A stretch of 63,998 bases of DNA, counting the filler, from Piptocephalis cylindrospora (taxonomy: Eukaryota): the NCBI GenBank assembly GCA_003614145.1. It is 6 parts of 6 records of this genome, joined end to end, with 100 filler letters (N's around TTAATTAATTAA, not from the genome) between each part and the next. Parts side by side here need not be neighbours in the genome. Positions count along the whole stretch, not along the records: positions 1 to 11,073 come from KZ988011.1; positions 11,174 to 22,178 come from KZ988012.1; 4 more parts are not named here. One strand, written 5' to 3'. The notes below the pieces were generated by a model, which searched no databases, was not told the origin of the DNA, and saw only the letters and a program-made list of their open reading frames with translations. Each line of letters starts with the position of its first letter. Positions within the stretch are counted from its first letter, which is position 1. Below, piece after piece: positions 1 to 11,811 of this stretch. Position numbers and translations under genes: made by a program.

Positions 1-194
1 TCTCGAAACATGAGAGGATCCTCATACACGGATGTGCCCTGTGGGTCATCCATATTGCCCACACAAGACCTATTTGCCCCCATGATCAAGCATCCAACCT
101 CCCCGATATGCGGCGTTCCCTATTATTGAGATGGCTGACGGCTAAAGTCAGGGCGGCGCGTATGCGCGGGCTAGAACACCGGTTCTGACAGCGA

Positions 195-597
195 TGGGCG
201 CAGATGATCAGCTGGGTGGCCAGAATGAATATAGGTCTTGACTTGAAAGACCATATATTTGTTCTTTTTGTGTGAAATTTTCACTCATGCCAACGCCGAT
301 AGGCGGCTTGCTTCGTTTTGAAGACCCAAACGCCACCCTCCCATACTGTGATGTGAACGCGCGTGGTACCGCGCACCTTGTGGTGCTCGGCGTGTGTCGA
401 AAGAATAACAGCTGACACTGCGGGATCTAGCCGCCTTGCTCCTTTTTGTTCCTCTCATAGAGAACCAGAATGAATATAGGTCCATCCTGGGCCCAACCTG
501 GTTTGCAGTGCATAGTTTGTGAAAAAGTCGTCTTTTTTGATTGTTTTCGGTTATGGATGTCAGACCAGTGGCTAATACATCGCCTCTTCTCTCTCTA
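195..597 (+). repeat. Dispersed non-coding repeat, copy C (diverged; interrupted by a segment bounded by an 18-bp direct repeat)
   Basis: tgggcgcagatgatcagctgg (195-215) matches 2981-3001; tttcggttatggat..ggctaatacatcgcctcttctctctct (about 546-596) matches about 3074-3125; ccagaatgaatataggtc at 220-237 and 465-482. Confidence 0.6.
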
Positions 598-859
598 GTG
601 GCGGGTGGATAGTGTGAAAAAGTGGGTGAAAAGCGACACAGATGGGTTGTGGGTCAAACAGTGGTTTGAGATTATCCTGGCGTGGTCAAAAATTGGTTTT
701 CTGGTCCAATTAAGAGATAAAATATATGGGGTTTCATCATCATCCTGGTGTGGTCATGACGCAGAAAGGATTGGCGTCATTATAAAGGGAAAGGAGATGG
801 CCACGGTCTCTTTCCTAACCACTTTCTCATCATCTCATTAACAGCAACAACAGCACACT

Positions 860-1855
860 ATGGCCATGAAGGTAAGGGAGAGGGAGGGTAGATGGGCCCG
901 GACTTGGTTGTCGTTGACCCAGGGCCCTTGTAGTATCTCGGACAAGTATCGGCTCAGAACCTGGATAAGGAACTCATGTCACCTGAAGGAGGGGGATTTG
1001 TGTTGGAACAATTGATGGAACTTGGTAAGATGGGATGAGGGAGAGAGAGAGAGAGAGAGAGAGAAAGGGGGAGCCTTTATGAGACTCACTCAAGGTCACG
1101 TGAATAGCGGGATTGGCGGTGGCAGAGGCAGTGGTGAAGGAGTACGATGTCAAGAAGCATGGGAGAGTGCTGGTGTGCTGTGGCCCTGGAAATAATGGAG
1201 GAGATGGTAAGTTCATTGAGTGTGTAGAGCTCTGGGATGAGACGCTGTCAACTGATGACGATGGAGTAGGGCTGGTAACGGCTAGACACCTGGCACATTT
1301 TGGATATCAACCAAGGGTGTACTGGCCCAAGAGGACCTCCAAAGCCTTTTTCCAGGGGCTACATCAGCAATTAAAGCAGCTGGGCATTGGACACATCGAG
1401 GATGAAAGGGGGTTTGAGGAGGCGGCGAGGGAGACGGATGTGATTGTGGATGCAATTTTTGGTATGTAGGATGAGAGGGGGAGGGGGGAGAGAATTCCAA
1501 CTGACTGAGGACCTCTACGAGAATAGGATTCAGTTTCCATGGTGAGGTGAGAGCGCCCTTTGATCATGCGTTACGGGTGATGAAGGAAAATGGGGGGCAG
1601 AGAGGGGTGAAGATTGTGTCGGTGGACATGCCCTCTGGATGGGATGTGGAGAAGGGGCCGCCCAAGGAAGGACTGGTGCTTCGGCCGGATACGCTCGTGT
1701 CCCTGACCTGGCCCAAGGAGGGGGCCAAGTACTTTACCGGAGCGAGTCACTACCTCGGTGGACGGTTCATCCCACCCGAGGTTCTCTTGAAGTACGGGGT
1801 GAGTCGTGAGGAGCTTGCGCCATTCCAAGGGTACGATCAATGTGTCAAGCTGTGA
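860..1855 (+). CDS. NNR1: NAD(P)H-hydrate epimerase (YjeF_N family), 5 exons
   Basis: Spliced reading MAMK|YLGQVSAQNLDKELMS..LEQLMELAGLAVAEAV..VLVCCGPGNNGGDG|LVTARHL..IVDAIFG|FSFHGEVRAPF..SVDMPSGWDVE..LVSLTWPK..HYLGGRFIP; GT-AG introns at about 872-933, 1025-1107, 1207-1269, 1463-1527. Confidence 0.95.
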
Positions 1856-2098
1856 GGAGAGGGAGGGGAGAGATGAATAAAAACGAAGCAGACAAGAGTA
1901 CATTTATAGGGTCAGAGCCGATGTAAAGTAAAATAATAAAAGTGTATATGAACACGGAACAAAAGGGGGATTCTGAAATATTTGTAGTACCACCTTTCAT
2001 AGGGTAATTACCGGCGGACCCACCCGCCACTGATGCTCTTGAGAGAAACTTCCCCCCTCCCCACATAGTCCCTTCTTTCCTTCCCTAATCATCCTGGC

Positions 2099-2637
2099 AT
2101 GCACATTACCCTTCGCACTGCTATCTTCTGTGGCCTGGCGGCATCGGCTGCTGCTCACATCAAGATCGCCAACCCCGAGACCCGTAACTTTAACTCCCAG
2201 GTCGAGCACATTGCCCCATGTGGTGGGTCTGATACCGCCGATAAGGATAGTATCTACAACTTCCCTCTGACCGGCGAATACATCACTGTGTCGATCAATG
2301 ATGGCCGGGGCTCCCTGGCCTTTGCCCACGCTTCTGGAGAATCGTCCCAATCTTTCCAGTCCCTCAACATCACTTTCCCTTACAATATCCAGTTCAATCC
2401 TTCCTGTTCCGCGCAATTAACCTGACAGGTTTTGCCAATCCCGGTAATTCAGGAGTCCTCCAGGTCATTGCCCATGTTACCAGAGAGAAGACCTTGTATC
2501 AGTGCAGCGATATTGCTGTCGGGGCCGCTGGCTCTCCCATCCAGAAGGTCCCCAGCTCCTCGGCCAACTCTGTGTCCGCCGTTGGCCCCTCTGCCCTGAT
2601 CGTCCTTTCTGTCACTGCTCTCTCCCTCTCCCTGTAA
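2099..2637 (+). pseudogene. Bim1/X325-like (LPMO-like) secreted, GPI-type copper-binding protein with an apparent frameshift near 2395-2420
   Basis: Signal peptide followed directly by His (AAA|HIKIANPETRNF..PCGG); after a frame change reads INLTGFANPGNSGVLQVIAHVTREKTLYQCSDIAV, a Ser/Pro linker and a hydrophobic C-terminal tail ending TAA 2635-2637. Confidence 0.65.
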
Positions 2638-2833
2638 GGGTCCTGCACAGTCGGGCGCCTGATGTGGAGTATGTGTGGCTCCATCCTCTTTGAATATACA
2701 TAATATGATATTAGATTGGATCTTGAAGAGAGAAAGGGGGCGCTGTATTGCTTAGTGGTCTGGTTATCCACCATTGAAAACGACCCAGAAAAACATACAT
2801 TCACCAAATGTGCCCTACAATTCACAGGTTGGA

Positions 2834-3140
2834 TCCACAAGATCATCTTCACGGTCGGGGACATAATCCCTGGTACCACACATGCTGGCCTATTTGGGCG
2901 GGTTATGTGTTCGGGTGCCTAACAGCCTATCCCACTGAGGGAAAATATAAAGGCTTTATTAATCAAGATCATCTTCATCGTGGGCGCGGATGATCAGCTG
3001 GACTACGAGTCTGGACCTAGGTCCGACTTGGGCTCGGCCTGATATATAGAGTGTGTCATTTTTTGTGTATCAGTTTCGGTGATGGATAACCAATTTTTGG
3101 CCAATACATTGCCTCTTCTCTCTCTCCACAAGATCATCTT
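2834..3140 (+). repeat. Dispersed non-coding repeat, copy A, bounded by the 16-bp direct repeat tccacaagatcatctt
   Basis: Direct repeat at 2834-2849 and 3125-3140; internal 2850-2951 matches 17502-17602; distal part matches 195-597. Confidence 0.75.
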
Positions 3141-3349
3141 GGATTTAGCCTAATGCAGCAGTAATTAACCTAGTGTGGAGGCCTAAAAAATGGATGGGTT
3201 TTCTATCTATCTAGTCTAATGTATAGGGTGCGCTTTTGGATTTGTTGTCAATGATTAATGACCATGTCATTAGCTCATACATCATACATCACACGATATG
3301 TTCAAACCCTTCATCACATGGCATAGCATACATCATTCTACCCTCTCAA

Positions 3350-4597
3350 TCAAGAACTAGGGGGTATTTCCCCCTCCTTCCCCATCCCCTCCATCCTACC
3401 CCCATATGGTCTCACCGCTTTCCAGGGCTTTGTCGGCGCTGGAGGAGGGATGTACAACGGGGATAGTCGATACGTCTTCCCATTCACCTTCTCCAGCTTG
3501 CCTCGTCGGTACGCTTTTTGTAGTGCTTGTGAGCAACTCGGTCGGAAATTACTCGTCACCGGATAGTGTCTATCATTGAGAGCAGCATCGTGTCAGCCTC
3601 GATACACGCCCTCCTTCATCCCCATCCACCTTCCTATCCCAACTTACGTTGCAATCCACTCAAAGATCCTCTTGGGTTGGCTCCCGTCCTCCTCCTTCAT
3701 CGCCTCAATCGCCTGAGTAATCATCCATTCATAGGAGGGAAGGGATGCCCCGTGGATATCCCTTGGTGTCTTCTTTCCCGGTCTCACCGTCTCTACCGGT
3801 CTGCCATGTTGTATCGCTGTCATATGGGATGTCTTCCTTTTCCTCGCATCATTCTCTTCTTCCCCTCCTCCTTCCTCCTCTTCCTCCTCCTCCTCTTCTT
3901 CTTCCTCCTCCTCTTCCTCTTCTTCTTCTTCCTCTTCCTCCTCCTCCTCCTCTCCTTCATTCTCTATTATACTACCCTCATCCATTCCCTCATTCCTCGA
4001 GCTTACCGCCGCAAGTGTTGCCGCTTGACTATGCAATGACGAGGGGAAGAGGGGGAGGTCTGGGTGCATACCATCGCACGCTAATACCAGATTCACCAGC
4101 ACTGACTTTGGAAGTGTTTGAAGGTACCCTCGCTTCTGCTCCATCGAGATCCCCCTTCCCGAAACTGCTCGCTCCATCCTTCTAGTCATCTTTTTCCTCC
4201 TATTCACCATCTCCTCTCCTTCCTGTACCCACGCGGGGCCCCGCTTATTCCTCCGGCCTCGTCCATGTTCTTCCAGCCCCTGTTCTTCCCCTTGGGGCCA
4301 GTCTTTTTCCTCCGAGGAGGCCCCACCTCCCAATGATGCTGATGCTCGTGGAAGGATCAATGAGGATATCGGCGTCGCATTCTTCCCCAAGCCATTTCCC
4401 GCTCTCTGGCCCGGAAGATCAGGCAACTCCATATCTGTCTCTGGATTCTCCTCCTCCTCCTGAAAATGTTGCTCCAGGTACTTCTCCTCCTCTTCGCTCC
4501 TTGCCAAGCCCACACTTCCTTCAGTAACCGGGGATATTCGAGTAGAGAAGGAAGGGGTACTCTTCATATCCCTTTTCATTGGACGTCCAAGATTCAT
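3350..4597 (-). CDS. Chromatin protein with a C-terminal linker-histone H1/H5 (H15) globular domain and an acidic tract
   Basis: LPSYEWMITQAIEAMKEEDGSQPKRIFEWIAT|HYPVTSNFRPSCSQALQKAYRRGKLEKVNGKTYRL across intron about 3570-3647; long poly-E; start ATG uncertain. Confidence 0.8.
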
Positions 4598-6756
4598 TAT
4601 CCTCTTCGGCAAGCGTCCGATCCTTCAATAAGTGTGTGGCCTGACGACGTGTCACTGATATTTCGATCTACTATCCTCTGAGAATGGGCCAAAACCCAGC
4701 GTGCGAACCAGGGATCAGAGGACTATCTCGAGGGCTTGAGTCAGTGCATCGGAGGGATGAACCCTGTGCAGTAGCTTTCATTCCCAGTTACTGCAACATA
4801 CCTGAAAAGCCTGGACTGAGGCGAAGATGGGTGAAACGACAGGGCGCCTCAAATACTCCTCTATTCCCTTGAGAGGATATGGCGAGAGAACGAAGGATTT
4901 GGATAGGATGTACCTAGGCAAAGGATGAGGTCAGAGAGAGGAAGAGAGAGGGAAAAGGCAAGCGGTGTCCTACAAGGTCTCCTCACAAGAGATAAACAAA
5001 TCAAGGCGGTCTCTATTTAATCCTGATCTCTATCTAGACACACGCGTACTGCAACACCTTTCCTCCTCATCCAGTTTGTGTTAGAACACGAGTGGCCTAT
5101 GAGCGTACCATCACGAATTTTTCAAGCCTATAAGCATGGCTTAGATGCTTTCGGTAAATCGATGTCGCTTCTTCATGATATTGCGAGATCTTTAGCTGCA
5201 GCCCCACTGAATCATTTGCCAACAATCCCTATCACTGCCTATGTGCCTATTCATCAATTGATCTATCATATGCTCCTGCCTAAACCATAGTGAAATCAGT
5301 ATCCTCTCTTCATCTAGAGGGTTTTTTAATACATCAGATCATACATGTCTATATACTTTGATCAGGCATTCAACCTGACCTTGAGCCAGCGTACAATGGT
5401 AAAATCCAAAGGTCAGCACATCTATAAGCCACTCATAGATTCTGTCATTAAGGGATCTCATCTTTCTCCCCTCCACTCCTCTTCTCTTTCCTTCCCTCTC
5501 CCAGATTTGAAACCCGTTTTTAGTGATATTGCGGTCGATAATCTGATGGGAATTCATGCTTAGTCTCCTCCCCGCTCCCAAGATAATCTGGTGTCGAGCC
5601 AAGCTCGGGAATAAGGGGATTGTTAAAGGCTTTGATCTATGGCTTGTAAACATGTGGGCAGTTATTGACTTGGGATTTATGTCTGGGTACACCAACGCAT
5701 CTAGTTTTCTGTCTGCTGCTTGCTATAAACATCCAAAGTTGTGTATTTCCTTGCCAGCCATGATAGGGTTGTTTCCAGATCAACAGCTCATATGGTCCAA
5801 AATAAATTTTGTCTCATTCTGCTTTGCAAAGTACGACATTTCATACTAAACTGGATCTATCGTACTTGAATGTGTCTAGTGCTAGATACTCATATGCTCA
5901 AGTACACCATCCTGCATCCATTGCCGTGTTTCCAAAGGACAAAAATAATCCTGGATAAGGCTTGTCGCGACTACCAGTGGTATAGGGGAAGTGGGGGTTA
6001 AACTTGTCCGTCACATCGACCTCCCCCTGTCAATTTTAATCCTCATTGTCTAGTCATCCAAGCTTGGACGGGCCCCATTTTCAATCGCCACTGCGCCGTT
6101 CTTCGCTTGCTAGCCATATAACCATAACCGTAACGTTTTGCTCCATCCTTCCCTGCAGAGTTTAACGTTCACACCATTTCCTGTTATCTTTGATAGGTGG
6201 AATATGGAGGGCAGGACAAGAAAGTCTCATATACTTACCAACGGATCAATTCTCGGAGTCACCTATTTCATCCGCCCACGGATTTGTCTCCTACAGCCCA
6301 GCGCGGTTGTCAACCGTGGCAGGATACGGTCGAGTAATCCTTTCATCTCAGCCCCAAGGAAGTCAAGAACGCTACCTTATTAGACCATGGGGGTATGTAT
6401 GCTCAGAGGATCATAATGTTAGTCAAGTGCATCGCCCGGGATGGGTGGAGAATGAAGCGACAAAAAGAGTTAGAAAATGCAAGTCAAAGACATTACGTTT
6501 CATGTATCCCTTGTATGATCGCATCAATCGACTCTACCACCCCGTTCAGCTCGAGTCTAGCAAGCGTATGCCATTTCCTTTTTGCTCATTAAACTCTTCA
6601 GGGTAACACTGCTCGGTGATTTAGTTGGCAATAGAGCCGAACTCCTTCGTTTCATTTCTTCGCTTCATTCTTCGGGGAGTACGATCCCAAGCAGTGCGAA
6701 AGAAGCATCATTGCACCTCACGCTGCTCTTTTCCCCTTTCTCTCTCCCTCGCTTCC

Positions 6757-8932
6757 TCAATCATAGCTCACAATCCGATCCCTAGGAGTAGGAGAGAAAA
6801 TAAGTTATAGTACCCTCATTGATATTCCAAACCCCCTCCAGCTTACCGGTAAGCGTGGATATTTGAAAGGGTGAGGAGCTTAAGCTGATGCTTCTCTAGG
6901 CGATTCTTCGTCAATGGACAGCGATTCTCCCCTTCCTCCTTGTCCAGGCACTTGACCCAGCTCTCCCAGCTATCGATGTATTTCCCATCGTCATGAGAGA
7001 GATAAAATGGGCTTGTTGTTAGTGGGGCGAGATAAAAAAAACTTGTTCCCCTCCTCTCATAAGGCTCACCTCATCACATGCCCATAGGGGGAAATGGCAG
7101 GCCGTATCACTTCATCCAAGGTAATTGGATCAATCAGGTCAGGTAGAGGGTTTTCCTTTCGTAGTCTTTCCTCAAACTCCTCTCGCCCTTCCCCTTCTTC
7201 TACTAATACTTCTCCACGCATCGCTCGAGCCCGCTTGGTCGTACCAATCCGGGACATAAAGGAGGATGTGGACATGTGATCTCCCATTCCTAAACTATCC
7301 TCCTCCTCCTCATCATCATCTCCCCAGCCTCTTCGGGTATTTCTTCGCTGTCTTGTATTCCTTCGTTCCCTCGTCTCTCCCCCATGCAATCGGCCAGATT
7401 CGGATCGAGAAACCCCAGCAGTATGCCCATTCTCACTTCCTCCCTGACTTTCTAGATGGGTATCGCCCCCATCCATCATCGTCCCTTCTTCTCCATTCGG
7501 CCCATCATCATCATCATCATCATCCATTATATCGTCTTCCTCATCATCCTCATCGGTCCCAGACCATCGGGATCGGCGAACAGGAGCCCGGCGACGCTTT
7601 TTAGGCCTCACCATCGGCACGGCCCGGCCGGCCTCGGGGGTGGATGTACCTCGCCGGTTGGCAAAGAGATACTTGGCTTTTCCCTTCTCATCCAAGAAGT
7701 AATTGGGGTCATGGAGTACTTGGGTTTCTAAGAGGTGCCGGTAGAAATTGGAGCACTGGTATCCGACGCGGCCAGGGATCGTCTGAGAAAATATGCCCCA
7801 TTGCCCATTGGCCCCCATCTCCTTGAGCCGGGCGAAAAAGAGCTTTTTTTCCACCTCGGACCATACCCCGGTCCTCTGGGTCTCCCCCGGGTCATTGAAG
7901 CGATAGTAGTAGGAGTTGGGATTCTGCTCGCGCATTTGATAAGCCCGGATTCGCGCCGCGCTCCATCCCTCCATCCCTCCCGCTTTGCCTCCATTTTCCT
8001 TGAGTTGCTTCAGCGCATCCTCAAGCTTCAATCTTCTCACCGAGTGGGTGCACTTTCTTCGACCTTCATCCGTTGCTCGGTTCTTGATAATGGACCTTCT
8101 CTTTTCTAGCATTGCCTGATATTGCTTTGGGGAGGGGCCCTGATCCCGAGAAGAGCCTGAAGGATCAATACCCCCACCTCCCATGGACTCCGAGGCAGTC
8201 ATGGCCATGCTCACAGGTACTGGATTGTAAGACAAAGAAATGGTCTTGCGTAATCCGTGTAGGTAGCCAGGAGAGGCCAGCTTGAGGATCACCTCCCCTT
8301 CTTGCCCTCCTTGCTCCTCTAGGGCAAGCTTGATCTCCCCATCAGTGAGGAAGTCAAAGCATTCTCGGATGACCCGGGCCTTTTGGCGGTACTCTCGCTC
8401 CTCGTACTCTTGGTACTAAGATAGGAGTGGAAAGTGGAAGGATAACAGATGGAGTAAGCGGGGGCACCTATGTTACTAGTTTTCTCCAGATCCTTACCTG
8501 ACGTTGATTTCTTTCCACGCGTCGTCGAATGATCTCCATCTCCGCCTCAGTCACCTCATCGGCAAAAACATTGGCTTTACGCACTGTTTCAATTTCTTCT
8601 TGGATTACTCTAATGACAGGAATAGCATTAGGTGAAGAGGTGGCGTTTATGTAGGATGAAGGAAAAGAGCATCAAGGCAAATACTTACGCATCCACTTGT
8701 GGGGTAGATGGATCACTATGCTCAGAGGGGGAAGCGGCAGCCTCTGGGCTAATAGCCACCTCTATCGTCTTTCCTAGTCTCTCCAGTAGTTGTTGCTACC
8801 ATCCATCCATCCATTCATCCAGAAAGTCGGTTAAGAAGGGGAACTTACAAGATCCATGGTGGTGCCCTTTACTTCTCTACTTACCCGGAGTAGACCAGGC
8901 GTATACGGTAAAGAATCTTTTGTTTTTAGCAT
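6757..8932 (-). CDS. Myb/SANT-domain protein with N-terminal CUE-like and C-terminal U-box-like domains, multi-exon
   Basis: WSEVEKKLFF..WGIFSQTIPGRVGYQCSNFYRHL (Myb); IDPITLDEVIRPAISPYGHVM|SWESWVKCL..NRCPLTKNRL (U-box-like) spliced over introns near 6971-7069 and 6782-6846; upstream exons extend to ATG 8932. Confidence 0.8.
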
Positions 8933-9418
8933 GGTGGAGTTCCGGGAGGCTTAATGAAGAGAAGAAGGGATGAAAAAGATGAAGGAAAAGGCAGGATGTT
9001 GTGCGGGTATGGTACGGAGAAGTGATCCTTTATCCAGGGGTGGTTGAGGCTAGAACGCGCAATCATGTCAACAAGGACGCGTCCATCTTGATCTCCGCCC
9101 TCACTTTGCGTCCATGCGTGGGGCTCTGACTACAAAATATGAATATGTGTGTAGGATGAGAGATGTACGAGCATGATGCCATCGTCTACACCTAATGATA
9201 TCTGGAATGGTAAGATCAGTCTAATCTGTTGTATCATTTCATTATGACATTGATACTCTTTCAAGAGGTAGGGCGACAGCCCTTTCCCATGTCCGTAATG
9301 AGGCTAGCAAAGTAGACGATTGCTACTTGCTTTGGTCATCACCACAGATATACTCATCATCCTTCCCTACTATTTGTACTGAAACGATTATGGATCAAAA
9401 GACCCCATGTCATCTTTA

Positions 9419-10039
9419 TTACACAGAAGGCCCGGTGGAGGGTGAGGTAAGCATCGAGGCCATCTCCTTCTCCACCTCCATAGCATCATCGCGTGTGGCT
9501 TTATTCTTGGCATCCTCCTCTGCCTTGGCCTTGATTCTCTCCTCCTAGTGATATGAATGGGGGATGAGTGATGAAGCGATCCTGGCGTCTCTCCTCCTCC
9601 TAGTACGTACATCAGGGATCAGGACCAAGGACCGTCCGGTAAGGCAATCCGATTCAGGTGGAAGACGAACGCCACCGCCAATACGATCTTCTATCTTGGG
9701 AAGGGGACGAGCATTGACATCCCGGGCTAGCTCAGCGGTGAATTCAGCTGGGTTGGGCTCTACCCAAGTGTACCGCTGCCTGGCTTGGGCGGCCAGGCGG
9801 ACGGAAGCCAGGTCCGGCTCGGTGCGACCTGCGTGCTCAGTATACAAGAGGGCATCTTGCAGGATGTCGTGGACGTGTCGATGAGCCATCTCGGCTAACT
9901 GTTGTGCCACAGCTGGGGCGTATGCTGGAACGTCGGGATGGCTGTTGAGGTGCAGATTGATGGCGGTGAGCTCCTTGGGAGTCGTCCTACCCCCACCACC
10001 ACTTCCTCCTTGGGATTTCTGGCCGGTTGAGCTGACCAT
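9419..10039 (-). CDS. TAF9: TFIID/SAGA subunit TAF9 (histone fold)
   Basis: PAYAPAVAQQLAEMAHRHVHDILQDALLYTEHAGR..DLASVRLAAQ..LARDVNARPLP..GVRLPPESDCLT; intron about 9546-9609. Confidence 0.9.
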
Positions 10040-10914
10040 GCTAGTGGTGAGATACGAAAAGGGGATGAGCAAGGAATTTGGAAGAGTGGTTGAGGGGAAA
10101 GAGTATATGAGATTTATCTCTCTCTCCTCTCTCACACATGCGCCTGGAACACCATTTGGTGGCCCGCTTTTGGCCCATATTGCAGGATCAAACAATCTAA
10201 CATATTGACTGGTAGTAAATAGTAGGGTCTTTGCGTTTATCCGTAATATTAATAGTAGTGTCTATATGTCCATCGTAGATTAAAGGTGGTTTCATGTCCA
10301 TGAAGAAACCACCGTCGCCGTAATCACTGCTTTTATAAAGGAGATTGAATGATCATGATTCTCTATTGATATGGATCCCTTAACAACACATTCAATCACG
10401 GCTTATCATATTAGATATATTAATCTATATACTTCATCCCTTCCTTGTCTAGTTCAAGTATCTATTGTTTACCCATTCATGATAGGGAATGAGGTTATCC
10501 AAGCTTTAAGTACCATTTTCTTAGTTGGAAAATATCAGTTAATTTTCCGCTGGGCACACACTTTTTCATCAAATTCTCACTTGAGTTGGTCATACGGTAT
10601 TATTATTAGAGGCCAAGTAGGTCTCAGCGGAGAAGCTCATTTCCTCAAGACCGAGAGTGAGAGGGAGGGACCCATGCGCACGCATCCACACACACAGGCA
10701 ATTTTCCCCTTCTGTCAACGTCGCGCACGCTTCCTTCCCTCCGACATCCCCGAACTGCTGTTTCCCCTTGTCTTTTTCCTTTTTTCCCTCCCTTCCCTCC
10801 AACCTATCCTCTGTTCCTTCTCTCGGGTTGACCTATCCTCGTTCTTTTATCCAGCCCTCTCCATTGCCCCACCCCGTAGTTTTCTATTCCACTCTCCTTC
10901 CCCTTCCTTTGTCC

Positions 10915-11073
10915 ATGATCCCGTCCAATGCCCCACCCGTGGAATCGGTGGCCGATAGGGCTGTCGACGCCACCGCCTCTGCTGTAGCCTCTACTACTGC
11001 AGATGCAGCCGCAGTCGCCTCTTCTTCCTCCTCCTCTCTTGTAGACCGCTTGAATATCGCCAAGGATTGGAAG
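10915..11073 (+). CDS. 5' fragment of a gene truncated by the contig end
   Basis: ATG after a long pyrimidine tract; open frame MIPSNAPP..LVDRLNIAKDWK runs into the linker. Confidence 0.45.
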
Positions 11074-11173
11074 NNNNNNNNNNNNNNNNNNNNNNNNNNN
11101 NNNNNNNNNNNNNNNNNTTAATTAATTAANNNNNNNNNNNNNNNNNNNNNNNNNNNNNNNNNNNNNNNNNNNN
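11074..11173. other. Artificial contig linker
   Basis: N44-TTAATTAATTAA-N44 (stops in all six frames). Confidence 0.99.
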
Positions 11174-11811
11174 GTCGACGGGGGCGTTGAACCGAGTGGT
11201 GTCCACGGCGTGCTCCAGATGCAGCTCCCCACGAACGCCATGCCGCGCGGGATGGGGGATACTACTGGCGGGGGGGGGGGAGATTTTTGGGGTTGGGGGT
11301 GGGGGGGCCTTCCGGGGGTGTCTTTCGCGGGTCCCTTGGGGTTGGAAATTGTAAGGGGTTTCGGGGGGGAGGGGGGGGGGGGGGAGGAGGAATATACTAG
11401 CTCGTTGAACCTAGTTTATGATGAATAGATGGGTTGATCGTTGCTATGTAGATACTGATCAACAGAATATTTAATGGCGATGAAAGGAATGATCGTAGGA
11501 CAGCAGCCGTCATTAGAGGCGATTTAAGGGGGCTCATCTACCCCCTTGATTTTTAATCCCTTTATTATGACTGTATTGCTCGTAAATGATATCATTTCCC
11601 ACCTTGTCTCTTTTTGGCATACTGACAAACATTACTGTCTTCCCCCCTACCATCACTATCCTTCGGATGATTATTCAATAAATATATGGGTAAATGGAGA
11701 CAAAGAAAAAGGGTTATCCAATGTCGTTAAACCCATTCCATACTTTCTCTCCCAGGCGTACATATGATGAGATGGCGACACACACGAGCTGGGGTATATT
11801 GGCTACCCCTA

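Noticed and set aside
6230..6245. ATACTTACC resembling the U1 snRNA 5' end
   Set aside because: Not followed by TGG, and no recognisable U1 stem-loops or Sm site
5000..6700. Several short ORFs in a somewhat AT-richer stretch
   Set aside because: No recognisable motifs or coherent exon chain; may be a decayed gene but cannot be supported
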